This document shows, one piece after another, positions 31,866-44,760 of a stretch of DNA of 64,000 bases; the first letter of the stretch is position 1, and every line of letters starts with the position of its first letter. The notes below the pieces were generated by a model. It did not search any database, was not told the origin of the DNA, and saw only the letters and a program-made list of their open reading frames with translations. The stretch lies in assembly GCF_009914755.1 (NCBI RefSeq), contig NC_060934.1, one strand, 5' to 3'. This DNA comes from the human T2T-CHM13v2.0 reference genome, Homo sapiens. The position numbers were made by a program, and so were the translations under genes.

Positions 31866-32325
31866 TTGGCCTGCCCTTGGGCGTGTTTTCTACTAGAGTG
31901 TTCATATTGAGGCTGTTTTCATCTCAGAAGAGTAGTGTTCTTCATTAATTAGGTGCCAAATTGGGGGACTAACAAGGTCAGCCACCTGGGTGACCAGTTT
32001 GACCACAGGCCACAGGGCCCCGTTTCCCTCCAGGCCTGGAATAGGCACCCCACAGGCTGCAGAAGAAGCCTGGTGGCTGCCTAGGAGGAACTTGTAGCGT
32101 AGGTGGAGGCCAGGAACACTTTCTGGGACCTGAGGTGGGCAGGGATCGCCTGGTCGGAGGGGCCCCTAAGGGCATGGATGGGGCCGGACTCTGGCCTGGC
32201 TGTCAACAAGAGGGCTGAGCCTGGGGAAGCAAGTCCCTGTTTTCAGTACCACCTGCATCCCCCAGGGCAGCATCCTTGACTCCCCTTCTGGGCCAGTGCT
32301 GCCCTGCTTTCTCTGTCTCTTTCAG

Positions 32326-32472
32326 GGTGTGCTGTCCGACCTCACCAAAGTGACCCGGATGCATGGAATCGACCCTGTGGTGCTGGTCCTGATGGTGGGC
32401 GTGGTGATGTTCACCCTGGGGTTCGCCGGCTGCGTGGGGGCTCTGCGGGAGAATATCTGCTTGCTCAACTTT
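32326..32472 (+). CDS. TSPAN14: TSPAN14 coding exon 3 (GVLSDLTKV...GCVGALRENICLLNF; small loop, TM2)
   Basis: tttcAG acceptor, 147 nt, donor TTT|gtgagt; tetraspanin GCxGAxREN motif. Confidence 0.97.
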
Positions 32473-32974
32473 GTGAGTGGCCACAGAGACAAGAGTGGGA
32501 TAGGATGCAATGGGGTACAGGCTCTGCTGGGCAGGATTATATGTTACCTGGTCAGAGCAGGTGGCAGCTCTTAGGAGCCTCCCCTAGGCCCCTGCCTGGG
32601 AGCAGGAGGCAGCCATTTGCACTCTACTGTCTAGAGAAGCTGGTTCCTCCCAGCAGGAGAATTAGGTACCCTCTGGTTTTTAGCCCTGGGTGGGAGGAGC
32701 CAGCTGCCTATAGGCCAGCTCTACTCCCCGCTCCTTTGCCTTTTATCTTCCTTCAGAAATTCTAAAAGAATTGTTTGTCTGCTACTGTCCTTTGCCCTTC
32801 CTGGCTAAGATCAAAAGATGTTGCAAGTAACCTTAAATCATTTCCCTCCTCCAAGGATGTGTGAGTCTGTTGGATGTACAAGTCAGAATCCCAAATTTCC
32901 TGGCAGAACTGCAGATTACTAAGAGTTTAGTTTTATATTTAGATACAAATTCATGTTTAGATTTATTCAGTTAA

Positions 32975-33515
<541 letters not shown>

Positions 33516-34398
33516 GTGTGTATGCTTTTTCTTACTTTGAAAGATTACTCCAAATTGGCCGGTTGTGGCAAGCTGCTTAGTGTCTTATATGGCCAGTGAT
33601 AATGTCTGTGAGAGCGCAGACTGCAGGCTGGGAGTCTGCCCTGATGGGATGTGGACCTGTGGCTGCACTGGCCCCTTGCAGAATGCCACCACTGCTTGTG
33701 GCCTGGGGCAGCTGAGCTTCTGGAGGGGTCTTTATGCTGACGATCATATACTTTCATGCAGAGTTGGTACAGATAACATTGGCACTTCCAGAATTGTAAA
33801 GAGCCCTGCAGGGAACTCACATGTCCTGCATGAACTATGTGACCTCAGGCAAGCTATGTACCTCGTGACATAGCCATAGTTTCCTCATCCCTAAAGTGAG
33901 GTAACAGATACGTAGGCACTCGATGGTTTTGTGTGTGTAGTGGGGAGTCATCAGATAATGTCTTGGGCACAGTGTCTGTCCTAAAGGAGCCGACACCCCA
34001 GGATGCCACCCTGGAGGGTCCAGGTGGAACTGCTGGGGTAGGACAGCCATTCATTCCTGTGATAGGGGTCTCCTCCTTGTCCAGGGAGGAGGGCTGCTTC
34101 ATAGCAAGTGATTGACACATTGGCTTGGAGCTTTCTCACACTTTTTCACGCATTTGAGTGTTATCAGCAATGCAGTGACATGGGTAGGGATAAATAGCCC
34201 CTTTTTACAGATGAAGCGAAGTTGTGCAGAGTCACCCAGCTAACTCTAAGTGTGGGGTTCTGGGGCCCCGATGTGGGACTCTCAGGTGCAGAGCCCACGC
34301 TCTGCTGAGGATGGTGGTTCTGGGTCAGGTGGGGTTATGTGTGTGGGGGTGCAGGCTGGTGGGGTGGTGACTTCTGCTCCCGTCCCCTTCCCCTGCAG

Positions 34399-34569
34399 TT
34401 CTGTGGCACCATCGTGCTCATCTTCTTCCTGGAGCTGGCTGTGGCCGTGCTGGCCTTCCTGTTCCAGGACTGGGTGAGGGACCGGTTCCGGGAGTTCTTC
34501 GAGAGCAACATCAAGTCCTACCGGGACGATATCGATCTGCAAAACCTCATCGACTCCCTTCAGAAAGCT
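34399..34569 (+). CDS. TSPAN14: TSPAN14 coding exon 4 (FCGTIVLIFFLEL...LQNLIDSLQKA; TM3, start of large extracellular loop)
   Basis: ccctgcAG acceptor, 171 nt, donor GCT|gtaagc; YRDDIDLQNLID motif typical of TspanC8. Confidence 0.97.
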
Positions 34570-35690
34570 GTAAGCACCTCCCCAGCGGGCCCCCGATAGA
34601 GCATGCACCTCCCTGTGCTGCCTGGAGCTGAGTCTAGCAGGGGCATCAGGCCTTCTCTGTGGGTTGTCTGCCTGCAGCTTGGCAGACAGCAGGGAGGCCG
34701 TGGAACAAGCCACTCCACCTCTGGTCTGTTCCACTTTGCCGGCTTGTGGTTGCCTGGTGGGCCAGCCCTTTCCCATTGGGATTGGGCAGGCAAGTCCAGC
34801 TGTACCCGAGGCCACCCACCCCCCACGTGCCCGGCCCTCCTCTTTCGGCCCCAGATCTTTCCAATCCTGCCCAATAGCCATACCAGCTGCAATCCTCCTT
34901 AGGCGCTGCATACCGTAAGGCACAGCTTCTTCCCCCCGGCTCATGACTCACCATCTGACGCTATTCCTATCCCCTTCCTCCCCGGGACCTTTTCCCCTTC
35001 CTCCCTGGGACCTTTTCCCCTTCCTGTTTAAGAAGCCAGGGCTGCCTGGAGGAAGCTTTGTCAGATCTAGTGGAATGTGACCTCCCTGGAATATGTGCCC
35101 AGGGGTTTGTCTAAGCAGTTCCAGGCTATGGCCTTTACTCCATCTGGTCCCCATCCCTCTTATCTCTCTCATGTGTGGCTGCACCTGGACGCTTGGACCA
35201 TAGCTGTCACAGCCCCCTGGGGAGGAACCCACTCCTTGGCCATGTCAGCCTGTGCAATGCAAGGCTCTTGTTTGATCTGTGTGCTGACAGAAAGCCCAGC
35301 TTCCTTAAGAACTTTTCATGTGGAACACTTTGGTTTTGAGAAGAAAATAAATCAGAAACCATTAAAAATCTATGATTCACTCTCATTATTAACCAAAACT
35401 TGTTCACCTTTATTTCATGTATTATGGGATCCAGCAAAACCCATTTATGGGACCAAAGACCCTGCCTGTATTGTTATTACTAATGTGTATTAGTCTGTGA
35501 AAGTCACCAAATCCCCGCCATGTTTTGATGCCTCTCCTTTCTTTTCTGTTCAGTGCCACCGTCCTTTTTTCATTTTCACGTAGCCTTGGCTTGCCTGGTC
35601 TCAGCATGCTAGGTTGCGGTTCATCCCTGCATTGCCTTAAAAACATAGTTTTCTGCATTGACTTCTTTTTCTTTTAAAAATAAAACTTCT

Positions 35691-36015
<325 letters not shown>

Positions 36016-36806
36016 CTTCCCAGGGGAGGGATTCAGTAAATTACAGAGCTTCCTTGGAGTGAAATTTCAGGTAATCACTAAAGCAAGTGGAACCGTGGAG
36101 GTGTGGGGGAGACAATTTTACCTGAGAAGTAAGCAAAACAAAATAACCAACCAGAAATCACTGTTGTCATTTGTTGTGATTATTGCCATAACCATGTCAG
36201 CTGTAAGGGCAAATGCAAAGAAGTTTTTTAGGGGAAAAGACACTGTCAACTTCACAATGATGCTTTCAGTGTTTGGATTTTACACACTTTTTAGTCAAAT
36301 AAGGATTTTCTTTGTAGCCACACCAGATGCGAGGAAGGGGAGGGCAGAGGCCCCAGGTGTGGGGCAGAGCTTTGATTGTGTTACCTTTCACCTTCATCGG
36401 ACCTCTTTTCCTCAGGAGCAGACACTTAGCAGCTGTTTTTTGTAAAGGGGTGAAAAGGGGAATTCACTTGCAAGTTTCTCAGGGAGGAAGAACACTGCAC
36501 ACTAGGAAGTGTTCTCTTGTGGCAAGTAGAGGACCACACCAAGGTGCCGAGGGGGCCACAAAGGAGAGGACGCCACTCTCCTGTCTGAGGAGGCTGGAAG
36601 GAGGCGTCTCCTTTGAGGAGGCTGGGAAGAAGAGCAAGCTCCCTGCTAAGGAGGGCCAGGGCTGGGTATGTTGTGCCTGGCAGTGGGGCCAGAGGGCTCC
36701 ACTGAGCCAGCCATGTGGGTTGGACAGAGGAGGCACCGTGGCCCGGAGATACCTTCACTGCCATTTCCTTTTTGTTATTATTTTCTTTAACACATCAAAA
36801 GGGCAG

Positions 36807-36810
<4 letters not shown>

Positions 36811-36870
<60 letters not shown>
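36811..36870. repeat. (TC)30 microsatellite at the tail of an antisense Alu monomer (to ~37047)
   Basis: Direct reading. Confidence 0.95.
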
Positions 36871-36872
<2 letters not shown>

Positions 36873-37241
36873 CTTTTTTCTTTCTCTCCTTTTCTCTTTC
36901 TCTCTCTCTTTCCTTTCTTTCTTTCTGATTGGGGGTGGGGGTCTTGCTGTGTTGCCCAGACTTGTTTCCAACTCCTGGGCTCAAACCATCTTCCCACCTC
37001 AACCTCCCGAGTCACTGAGGTTACAGGCCTGAGCTACTACGCCTAGCTGTTTTCTTCTTAAAGGGCTGCCTGGGTTGCCAGCTTAGCATCTCTGCACATG
37101 GGAGGTAGGGGGCGGGCCTTGATTTCTCTGCATGGTAGATGCCGGCAGACTTAGCCTGGCATCACTATGAATGATGCCCTATGCTGGGCAGCCATGGCCC
37201 TGTCTTGGAGCCCCTAACAGTTCTGGCTTTTGTGGTTGCAG

Positions 37242-37367
37242 AACCAGTGCTGTGGCGCATATGGCCCTGAAGACTGGGACCTCAACGTCTACTTCAATTG
37301 CAGCGGTGCCAGCTACAGCCGAGAGAAGTGCGGGGTCCCCTTCTCCTGCTGCGTGCCAGATCCTGCG
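37242..37367 (+). CDS. TSPAN14: TSPAN14 coding exon 5 (NQCCGAYGPEDWDLNVYFNCS...GVPFSCCVPDPA)
   Basis: ttgcAG acceptor, 126 nt, donor GCG|gtgagt; CCG and PxSCC tetraspanin motifs; N-glycosylation sequon NCS. Confidence 0.97.
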
Positions 37368-37778
37368 GTGAGTTGGCTTGTGCTGGGGCACAGGGAGCCC
37401 GCCCTTCCTGAAGCCCAGAAGCTTTCCTGACTCCTCCAGTGCTCTAGGATACTTCTCTGTCATGGAGGTCTGAGGAGCAGGTGTGCTTTCTCCACACCCT
37501 CCTCAAGGCTGCCTCAGCTCTGAAATCCGATATGTGTACATTCTAGGAACACTGCTTGCATGACCCACCCTGGCCTTGGTGTTCTGGGTGAGGCAGGAGA
37601 AAAACAGTATTATTTCTACCTGGAGGGCTGTCACTTGCAGCTGGCCAAGAGCTATGAGTGAAATAAGGCCCGCTTATCCCTCTTCCCTGTCCTTTTTCTG
37701 GAGCAGATTCCTAGAACTCAACAGTGCACGGGGGCTGTGGGTACACATCATTAACTGGGGAACAGTAGTGGAGAATTA

Positions 37779-38292
<514 letters not shown>

Positions 38293-38654
38293 GTCCTGTC
38301 CTTTCTTTACCTATTGGCATTCCCAATCCAAGGCCAACGTCCTTGGGTTCCAGAAGCTGGGTTCTTGGGGTGAACTGTGAAGGAGCTCTGAATTTTGCCT
38401 GAACTGAGCCTGAGTAGAACTGGGCCAGTTGCCAGCTCTCGGTGCAGTTATGCAAAGCCTGGTCCTGGGTTACAGGCTTTGAGAAGGCAGAGCATCACCA
38501 CTATTATATGGGCAAGTTCTGCAGCCCAGGAGAGGCTCAGATTTGCTGAAGCTGCACAGCTCTTCTGAGGTCTCCACTGCGACTGTGAAATGTACCAGTC
38601 TTGTAAGTGTTGCTTTTAGCACATATAGTTCTTACCTCCAAGTATAGGTCTTAC

Positions 38655-38958
38655 CTCCTAGCAAACTGTGGCCCCCAGGCCAAATCTGGCTTGCTATTTT
38701 TCCATGACCTGTGAGTTAAGAATGCATTCAGATGTTTTTAAATGGTTGGAAATAAATCAAAAGAAGAATAATATTTTGTGGTACGTGAAAATTATATGAA
38801 ATTCAAATTTCAGTGTCCATAAAGTTTTCTTGAAATACAGCCATTCCTGTTTGTTTACAGATTGTCAGTGCCGGCTCTCATGCAACAAAAGCGGAATTGA
38901 GTCTGTGTCTGAAGTACTCACTCTCTAGCCCTTCACAGAGAAAGTTTGCCACCCTGTC
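38655..38958. mobile_element. MER58B-like hAT MITE
   Basis: gcaaactgtggcccccaggccaaatctggc and aaattatatgaaattcaaatttcagtgtccataaag motifs. Confidence 0.8.
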
Positions 38959-39116
38959 CTGGTCTGAAGGATTAGTTGGTGGCATGATTGAAGGACATGA
39001 GCTGTAATGGAATTTGCACAAATGTTTGCTAGTGTTTGGTTGTGACTTTACTAGAGCCTCTTAGCACCAGCTTCTTGAGACGCCAGAAGCAACTAATTTT
39101 TCTGCTTTTCTTGCAG

Positions 39117-39161
39117 CAAAAAGTTGTGAACACACAGTGTGGATATGATGTCAGGATTCAG
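39117..39161 (+). CDS. TSPAN14: TSPAN14 coding exon 6 (QKVVNTQCGYDVRIQ)
   Basis: actaat branch-like motif, pyrimidine tract and ttgcAG; 45 nt; donor CAG|gtgaga; NTQCGY motif of TspanC8. Confidence 0.96.
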
Positions 39162-39838
39162 GTGAGAACTCCCATGTATACAACTTGAAGAGTTCTTTAG
39201 GTTTTATTCCCTGTGGTTCAACATTCTGATTTAGCACGAGTGCAAATTGAAGTGGGAAAACTCAGGGCAGTGAAGCTCTTGATGCCACCTAAGCTGAGCA
39301 TAGGCACAGGGTCACATACACTGCTTCCTGAGCTGGCGGCAGGACTCCTGGGAGCAGTAATGGTGATTCTAAGCCTTGTGAGCTGCAGTCCCAACATCTA
39401 GGAGTTGCTGCATTTAAAGAGGTGGGATGGAAGTTTTGAGGGACAAAGACTGCATTTTTAGGAGGCTCCTTGGCATCCCAGAAGACGTCTCTCGTTAAGG
39501 GGACAGCTGCAGGAGTGTAGGTGCCTTGTTCTGGCCTCCGTGTGGAGGCAGTAGTGACAAAGAGGGAGGCAGGCCTGGGGCAGGGGCGAGGCTCTGTCCT
39601 CCAGGACTTCCTTTAGGCTGTAGGGAGTGTGCTCTTAGATGCAAAGAGAAGGAAGACCCCACCCCACTCCAGTCCTTGTTCTAGTGGTCTTTGGTGATAT
39701 GAATGACTGCTGTTCTAAAAGGGAGGAGTCTCGAGGAATCTTCAGAGACCCCACCTGTTAGCCGTGGATATGAGGGATGTGTCCCTACAGCTTGGGGAAC
39801 TGTCCTCCTTTAGGGACCTGCATTTCACAGGGAGAAAG

Positions 39839-40202
39839 TGCTGTAAACTGAATGTGTGTGTCTCTCCAAAATTCACATGTTGGAACTTAAACTCCAATGT
39901 GATGGTATTTAAGAGGTGGGGTCTTGGGGAGGGGATTGGGTCATGAGGGCAGAGTCCTTATGAGTGGGATGAGTGTCCTTATGTAAGAGGCCCAGAGAGC
40001 TTATTTGTCACTCCACTGTGTGAAGACACAGTGAGAGGGTGCCATCCATGAACCAGAAAGTGGGCCCTCATCCGACACTGAATTTGCCAGTGTCCTGATC
40101 TTGAACTTCCCGGCCTCCAGGACTGTGAGAAATAAATTTCTGTTGTTTATAAGCCACCTAATCTATAGTATTTTATTCTAGTTGCCTGAATGGACTAAGA
40201 TA
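39839..40202 (+). mobile_element. MLT1A-like MaLR LTR
   Basis: tgaatgt...ccaaaattcacatgttg start; aataaatttctgttgtttataagccacc...gactaaga end. Confidence 0.85.
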
Positions 40203-40253
40203 AGAACCTATATCAACATCAGCTTCCCTAATTATGATTTTTTTTGCCACTTA

Positions 40254-40668
40254 TATTAATTTGCTAAGGCTGCTGTCACAACATACCACAGACAGAAATT
40301 TAAGCCACAGCAGGCATTTATTTTCTCACAGTTTGGAGGCTAGAAGTCCAAGATCAAGGTGCTGGCGAGGTGAGGTGGGTGCCTTCAGAGGGCTGTGATG
40401 GAAGGGTCTGTTCCAGGCCTCTCTCCTGGCTGCAGGTGGCTGTCCTCTCCCTGTGTCCTCACGTGGGCTCCCCTCTGTGCATGTCTGTGTCCTGATCTCC
40501 TCCTCTTAGCAGGATGCTCTTCATATTGGATTAGGGGGCACCCTGATGGCCTCATTTTAGCATAATTACCTCTGTAAAGAGCCTGTCTACAAATACAGTC
40601 ACCTTCTGAAGTCCTGGGGGTTAGGACTTCAGTGTATGGATTTTGAGGACACAATTTAGCTCCTAACA
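40254..40668 (-). mobile_element. MLT1B/C-like MaLR LTR
   Basis: ggaggctagaagtccaagatcaaggtgctggc and tattggattagggg motifs. Confidence 0.82.
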
Positions 40669-41301
40669 CCTCTAAAATTAGGGGCTAATACTCCATCATG
40701 TTGCCATGGAGGAGGCTGATAGGTGTGAGGGGGCTGGGGCCGATTGCCCTGTGTGGGGTGGGCAGGGCTGGGGTGTGTGCTGGGATGGTTACTGACACCC
40801 CACCGGGGTTAGCAGTGGAGGGAGCTGGTTGGCTGGCGACTGTTGCCTGCTGGCTCTGTCTCCTGGAGCTGAGCTTACTGGTGGGATGCCCGCTCCGAGA
40901 AGCACCCTTCTTCTCTTCTTAGGAGACTCTGGACCCCCTTCTCCAGGTTTCTCTCCCTTTAGAGGCACATTTTCCTCCAAGCCTTCAAGCCCCTTCTCTT
41001 TCTCCAGATGTGGATGGTGGGGAAGGGTATCTTGAGAAAGTTGGGCTTTAAATCTCTGGAGACCTGAAAGGAAACAGCCAGGGAGCCTTTGGTCAGACAG
41101 GTGGTGCGATGGCACAGTGCCCAGCGAGGGGCAGAGGCTGAGAGGAGCTGACGAGCATCTCCTGGAGAGTCCTCCTTGCCTGCCTCCTGGATCCCTCGTT
41201 CCCACCCTGCTTTGCCCTGCTCCTTACCAGAGCTCACTAGGGGATCAGGTGGGGACATCGTGTGTGCCAAAGGCTCAGACCCCTGTGGTGTTTTCCTGCA
41301 G

Positions 41302-41421
41302 CTGAAGAGCAAGTGGGATGAGTCCATCTTCACGAAAGGCTGCATCCAGGCGCTGGAAAGCTGGCTCCCGCGGAACATTTACATTGTGGCTGGCGTCTTC
41401 ATCGCCATCTCGCTGTTGCAG
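41302..41421 (+). CDS. TSPAN14: TSPAN14 coding exon 7 (LKSKWDESIFTKGC...FIAISLLQ; end of loop, TM4)
   Basis: ttttcctgcAG acceptor, 120 nt, donor CAG|gtgtgt; GC motif gives the 8th cysteine of the large loop. Confidence 0.97.
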
Positions 41422-43002
41422 GTGTGTCCCAGGAGCCTATAGGATTGGCAGGTGGCCTTTTTTCATTTGAGATTGGGCCCTTAACATAGAGTGCATGGGT
41501 CCAGTTTGGGTATGGTATTAAGGAAGCTTGCAGAAGAAAAAAAGGGATTCAACTGGATGTCCAAGGCTGAGAGAGTGTATGCGTGTAAGTGTATTGGGGA
41601 GGAGAATGGTGGCTTCCATAAACGCTACCTATAGGGGGGCCCTCTGGGCGGGGGCAGGCTGGGAGGGGCTTGTGGCCCTGCACAGGTCCTGGTGGCAGCC
41701 CTCTCCAGAGGGCCCAATGGGCTGCAGAAGGGTCACTGCCTATCTGGAGGTAGGTCAGGAGTGTGCTCGGGGTGGGCCATCAAGTGCTGCAGATGGGGAG
41801 GTGAAACCCTTGGTCACCTGGGGCCTGAGGGTGGCCTGAGGCTCACGTGTGTGCACTTGCCCCAGGACCTCTCCTCCTGTCTCTGGCCCCTGGGCTGGAG
41901 TTGTCAGGTATCTTCCCTGTCCATGAGACATCCTCTGAGGCCTGCTGCCGTTTGTGGCATCCTTTCCTCTCCCAGGCTGTGCTTGTTCATTTGAACCAGG
42001 TTGCACATGTGGGAGGATGTTGGTGGCTGAGCAGGCAGTGAGGCCTGGGGTGACTGGGCTGGTTGGTGACTGCTAGGAGAAGAACTGGCAGAGAAAGTCA
42101 AGAATTCAGTGATCAGAGAAACCAGGAGTCTTTCCAGTGCTGTTCAGGGCTTCCAAGAAGCCGCAGCTTCTGGGTCCACTGATGCATTTCTTGTGTGGAA
42201 AATAACACCATTTAGAAAGTGTTTGACTCTGTTTTTGCCTTGAAGAGGGTGACTGAGGTAGACCCAGGGCCACCAGCCACCCACACATGCCTTCCTCCTT
42301 CAAGGAAGACTAAGAAATAGGAGGAAGCAACTGGAAAAGGAAAGAAAAAAGTTATTTGCAAAATAGGCAAGGGAAGAATCAGACTTCAGAAGGACTGACT
42401 AGTCAAATTAGAACCACACAAGAATTTAAAGGGAAAAAAAGCCATTTCCAGAGGTCACCAAGTTCGTGTTCATCTGTTCACGTTAGAAGAACATCAGTCT
42501 CCTCTCATGATTTCCCTGCTCACCAAGGTTGGGATGGATCTTCAGACATTATTAGCACAGCCAAAATTGGGGATGGCCTTGGTTTTATTATGGAATCGAC
42601 GTTTACAGGAAACATTCAAGATTTATTATTTTGGGAATGAGAACCAGTCAGCGTGACCCTGTTATTTTTGGTTTAACCCAGGGACAGGCGTGTCCTGCCC
42701 CATGGCTTGTGACATACTTAATCATGTTGGAGGCAGGACAGAGTGTCTGTTTTGCTTGTGGTGCCTGTGGTTTGCCTCTTCTAGGCTTTGGGAATGTAAC
42801 AGACTAGACCCCAGGACCCCTTTTTTGCGGGAGGGGTGGCTGTGCTGTGCCACTCGCTCTGCGGTGCTGTCTCTACGTCTTCAGTCGCAGCTGGGGGGTG
42901 AGGAGAGGCGTGCAGTGGGAGCTCCCAACCCCACCCTCCGCTCCCTGCCCTCTGCCTTTGGGCCCCAGCAATGGCCGCTGACTCTGCTGGTGTTGGTTTC
43001 AG

Positions 43003-43074
43003 ATATTTGGCATCTTCCTGGCAAGGACGCTGATCTCAGACATCGAGGCAGTGAAGGCCGGCCATCACTTCTGA
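43003..43074 (+). CDS. TSPAN14: TSPAN14 last coding exon (IFGIFLARTLISDIEAVKAGHHF*)
   Basis: tttcAG acceptor at 43001-43002, TGA at 43072-43074; exon sum 813 nt = 270 aa plus stop. Confidence 0.97.
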   Translation: MFGIFLARTLISDIEAVKAGHHF

Positions 43075-44710
43075 GGAGCAGAGTTGAGGGAGCCGAGCTG
43101 AGCCACGCTGGGAGGCCAGAGCCTTTCTCTGCCATCAGCCCTACGTCCAGAGGGAGAGGAGCCGACACCCCCAGAGCCAGTGCCCCATCTTAAGCATCAG
43201 CGTGACGTGACCTCTCTGTTTCTGCTTGCTGGTGCTGAAGACCAAGGGTCCCCCTTGTTACCTGCCCAAACTTGTGACTGCATCCCTCTGGAGTCTACCC
43301 AGAGACAGAGAATGTGTCTTTATGTGGGAGTGGTGACTCTGAAAGACAGAGAGGGCTCCTGTGGCTGCCAGGAGGGCTTGACTCAGACCCCCTGCAGCTC
43401 AAGCATGTCTGCAGGACACCCTGGTCCCCTCTCCACTGGCATCCAGACATCTGCTTTGGGTCATCCACATCTGTGGGTGGGCCGTGGGTAGAGGGACCCA
43501 CAGGCGTGGACAGGGCATCTCTCTCCATCAAGCAAAGCAGCATGGGGGCCTGCCCGTAACGGGAGGCGGACGTGGCCCCGCTGGGCCTCTGAGTGCCAGC
43601 GCAGTCTGCTGGGACATGCACATATCAGGGGTTGTTTGCAGGATCCTCAGCCATGTTCAAGTGAAGTAAGCCTGAGCCAGTGCGTGGACTGGTGCCACGG
43701 GAGTGCCTTGTCCACTGTCCCCCTGTGTCCACCAGCTATTCTCCTGGCGCCGGAACTGCCTCTGGTCTTGATAGCATTAAGCCCTGATGGCGCCGGTGGC
43801 GCGGTGGGCATGGTTCTTCACTGAGAGCCGGCTCTCCTTTTCTTAAAGTGTGTAAATAGTTTATTTATAGGGGTAAGAATGTTCTCACACCATTTCACTT
43901 CCTCTTCCTCTCCTCCAGCATTCTCCTCTGAGCAGCCTTAGATAGTGTCCATGGCTGGAGCCGACCCTTTGAGTCCCCTTGAGTGTCTTAAGAACCAGCC
44001 CACAACAGCCTCTCTTTCTCCTCCACATACTGCAGCCTCCCTCCATGCATCCCACATACAAGCACTCCCCCACTCCCCAGCGTGGCCTCACTGTCTTCTG
44101 GTCTTGGTGCTACTGAAATTGTCACCCAGAATTTGAATCCTGACCCTCCCCACTGCAAGCCCAGGGAGCCCCAGCCCAAGATGGCCAGCCTGAAACTGTT
44201 GGCCAGGGCTCCTCTTGTGGCCATGTACCCAGGGCTGGCTGGCCTGCCATTTGCCTCTCCCCGGAGACAGCCGTTCTTCTGCAACCACACCCCGTGCCTA
44301 GCCACAACCCCAGGCTGCAGCTGCTCAGAAGCTCCAGGCATTTTGTTTCTGGTGACCGCCCCTAATGGGATATCGGTGATCACTGGTCCACCCTTCCTGT
44401 CAGGGCTTTTCTGGGGCTGCTCTTGGAAATGAAGTCTTAAGTACTGAATAACTCCCCTGGGGATAGCTGGGGCATTTGTCTAGCTGGGCTACTTTCTAAC
44501 ACTTTGCCATAGCTCAGACCACTTCTCATCGTTCAGGGATGGACTGCAACCTTAATTTACTTGCCGGAGTGTACATTCTAGTGTGGTGTATACTGGTGGC
44601 TGTTGATGATGATTTTTTTTTTTTTACACAATTCTCTGTAGACTAGGAGAAGAATGCTTGTGTTTTTCGGAAGTGTGATGCTTCTCTTTGACTGCCAAAC
44701 TCTTTTATGG

Positions 44711-44760
44711 AATATATCTTTATATTAATGCTGTTTTGGTCATTTTTGTTTGGGGTCACT
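44711..44760 (+). terminator. Candidate proximal poly(A) site (AATATA plus downstream GU-rich element)
   Basis: aatata at 44711, gctgttttggtcatttttgtttggggt downstream, TGTA motifs upstream (44571, 44588, 44637). Confidence 0.5.

Noticed and set aside
34282-34944. 220-aa minus-strand ORF overlapping a TSPAN14 exon
   Set aside because: Antisense shadow of a GC-rich exon and flanks; no domain.
36327-37046. 239-aa ORF with LSLSLS run
   Set aside because: Reads through the (TC)30 microsatellite and an Alu monomer.
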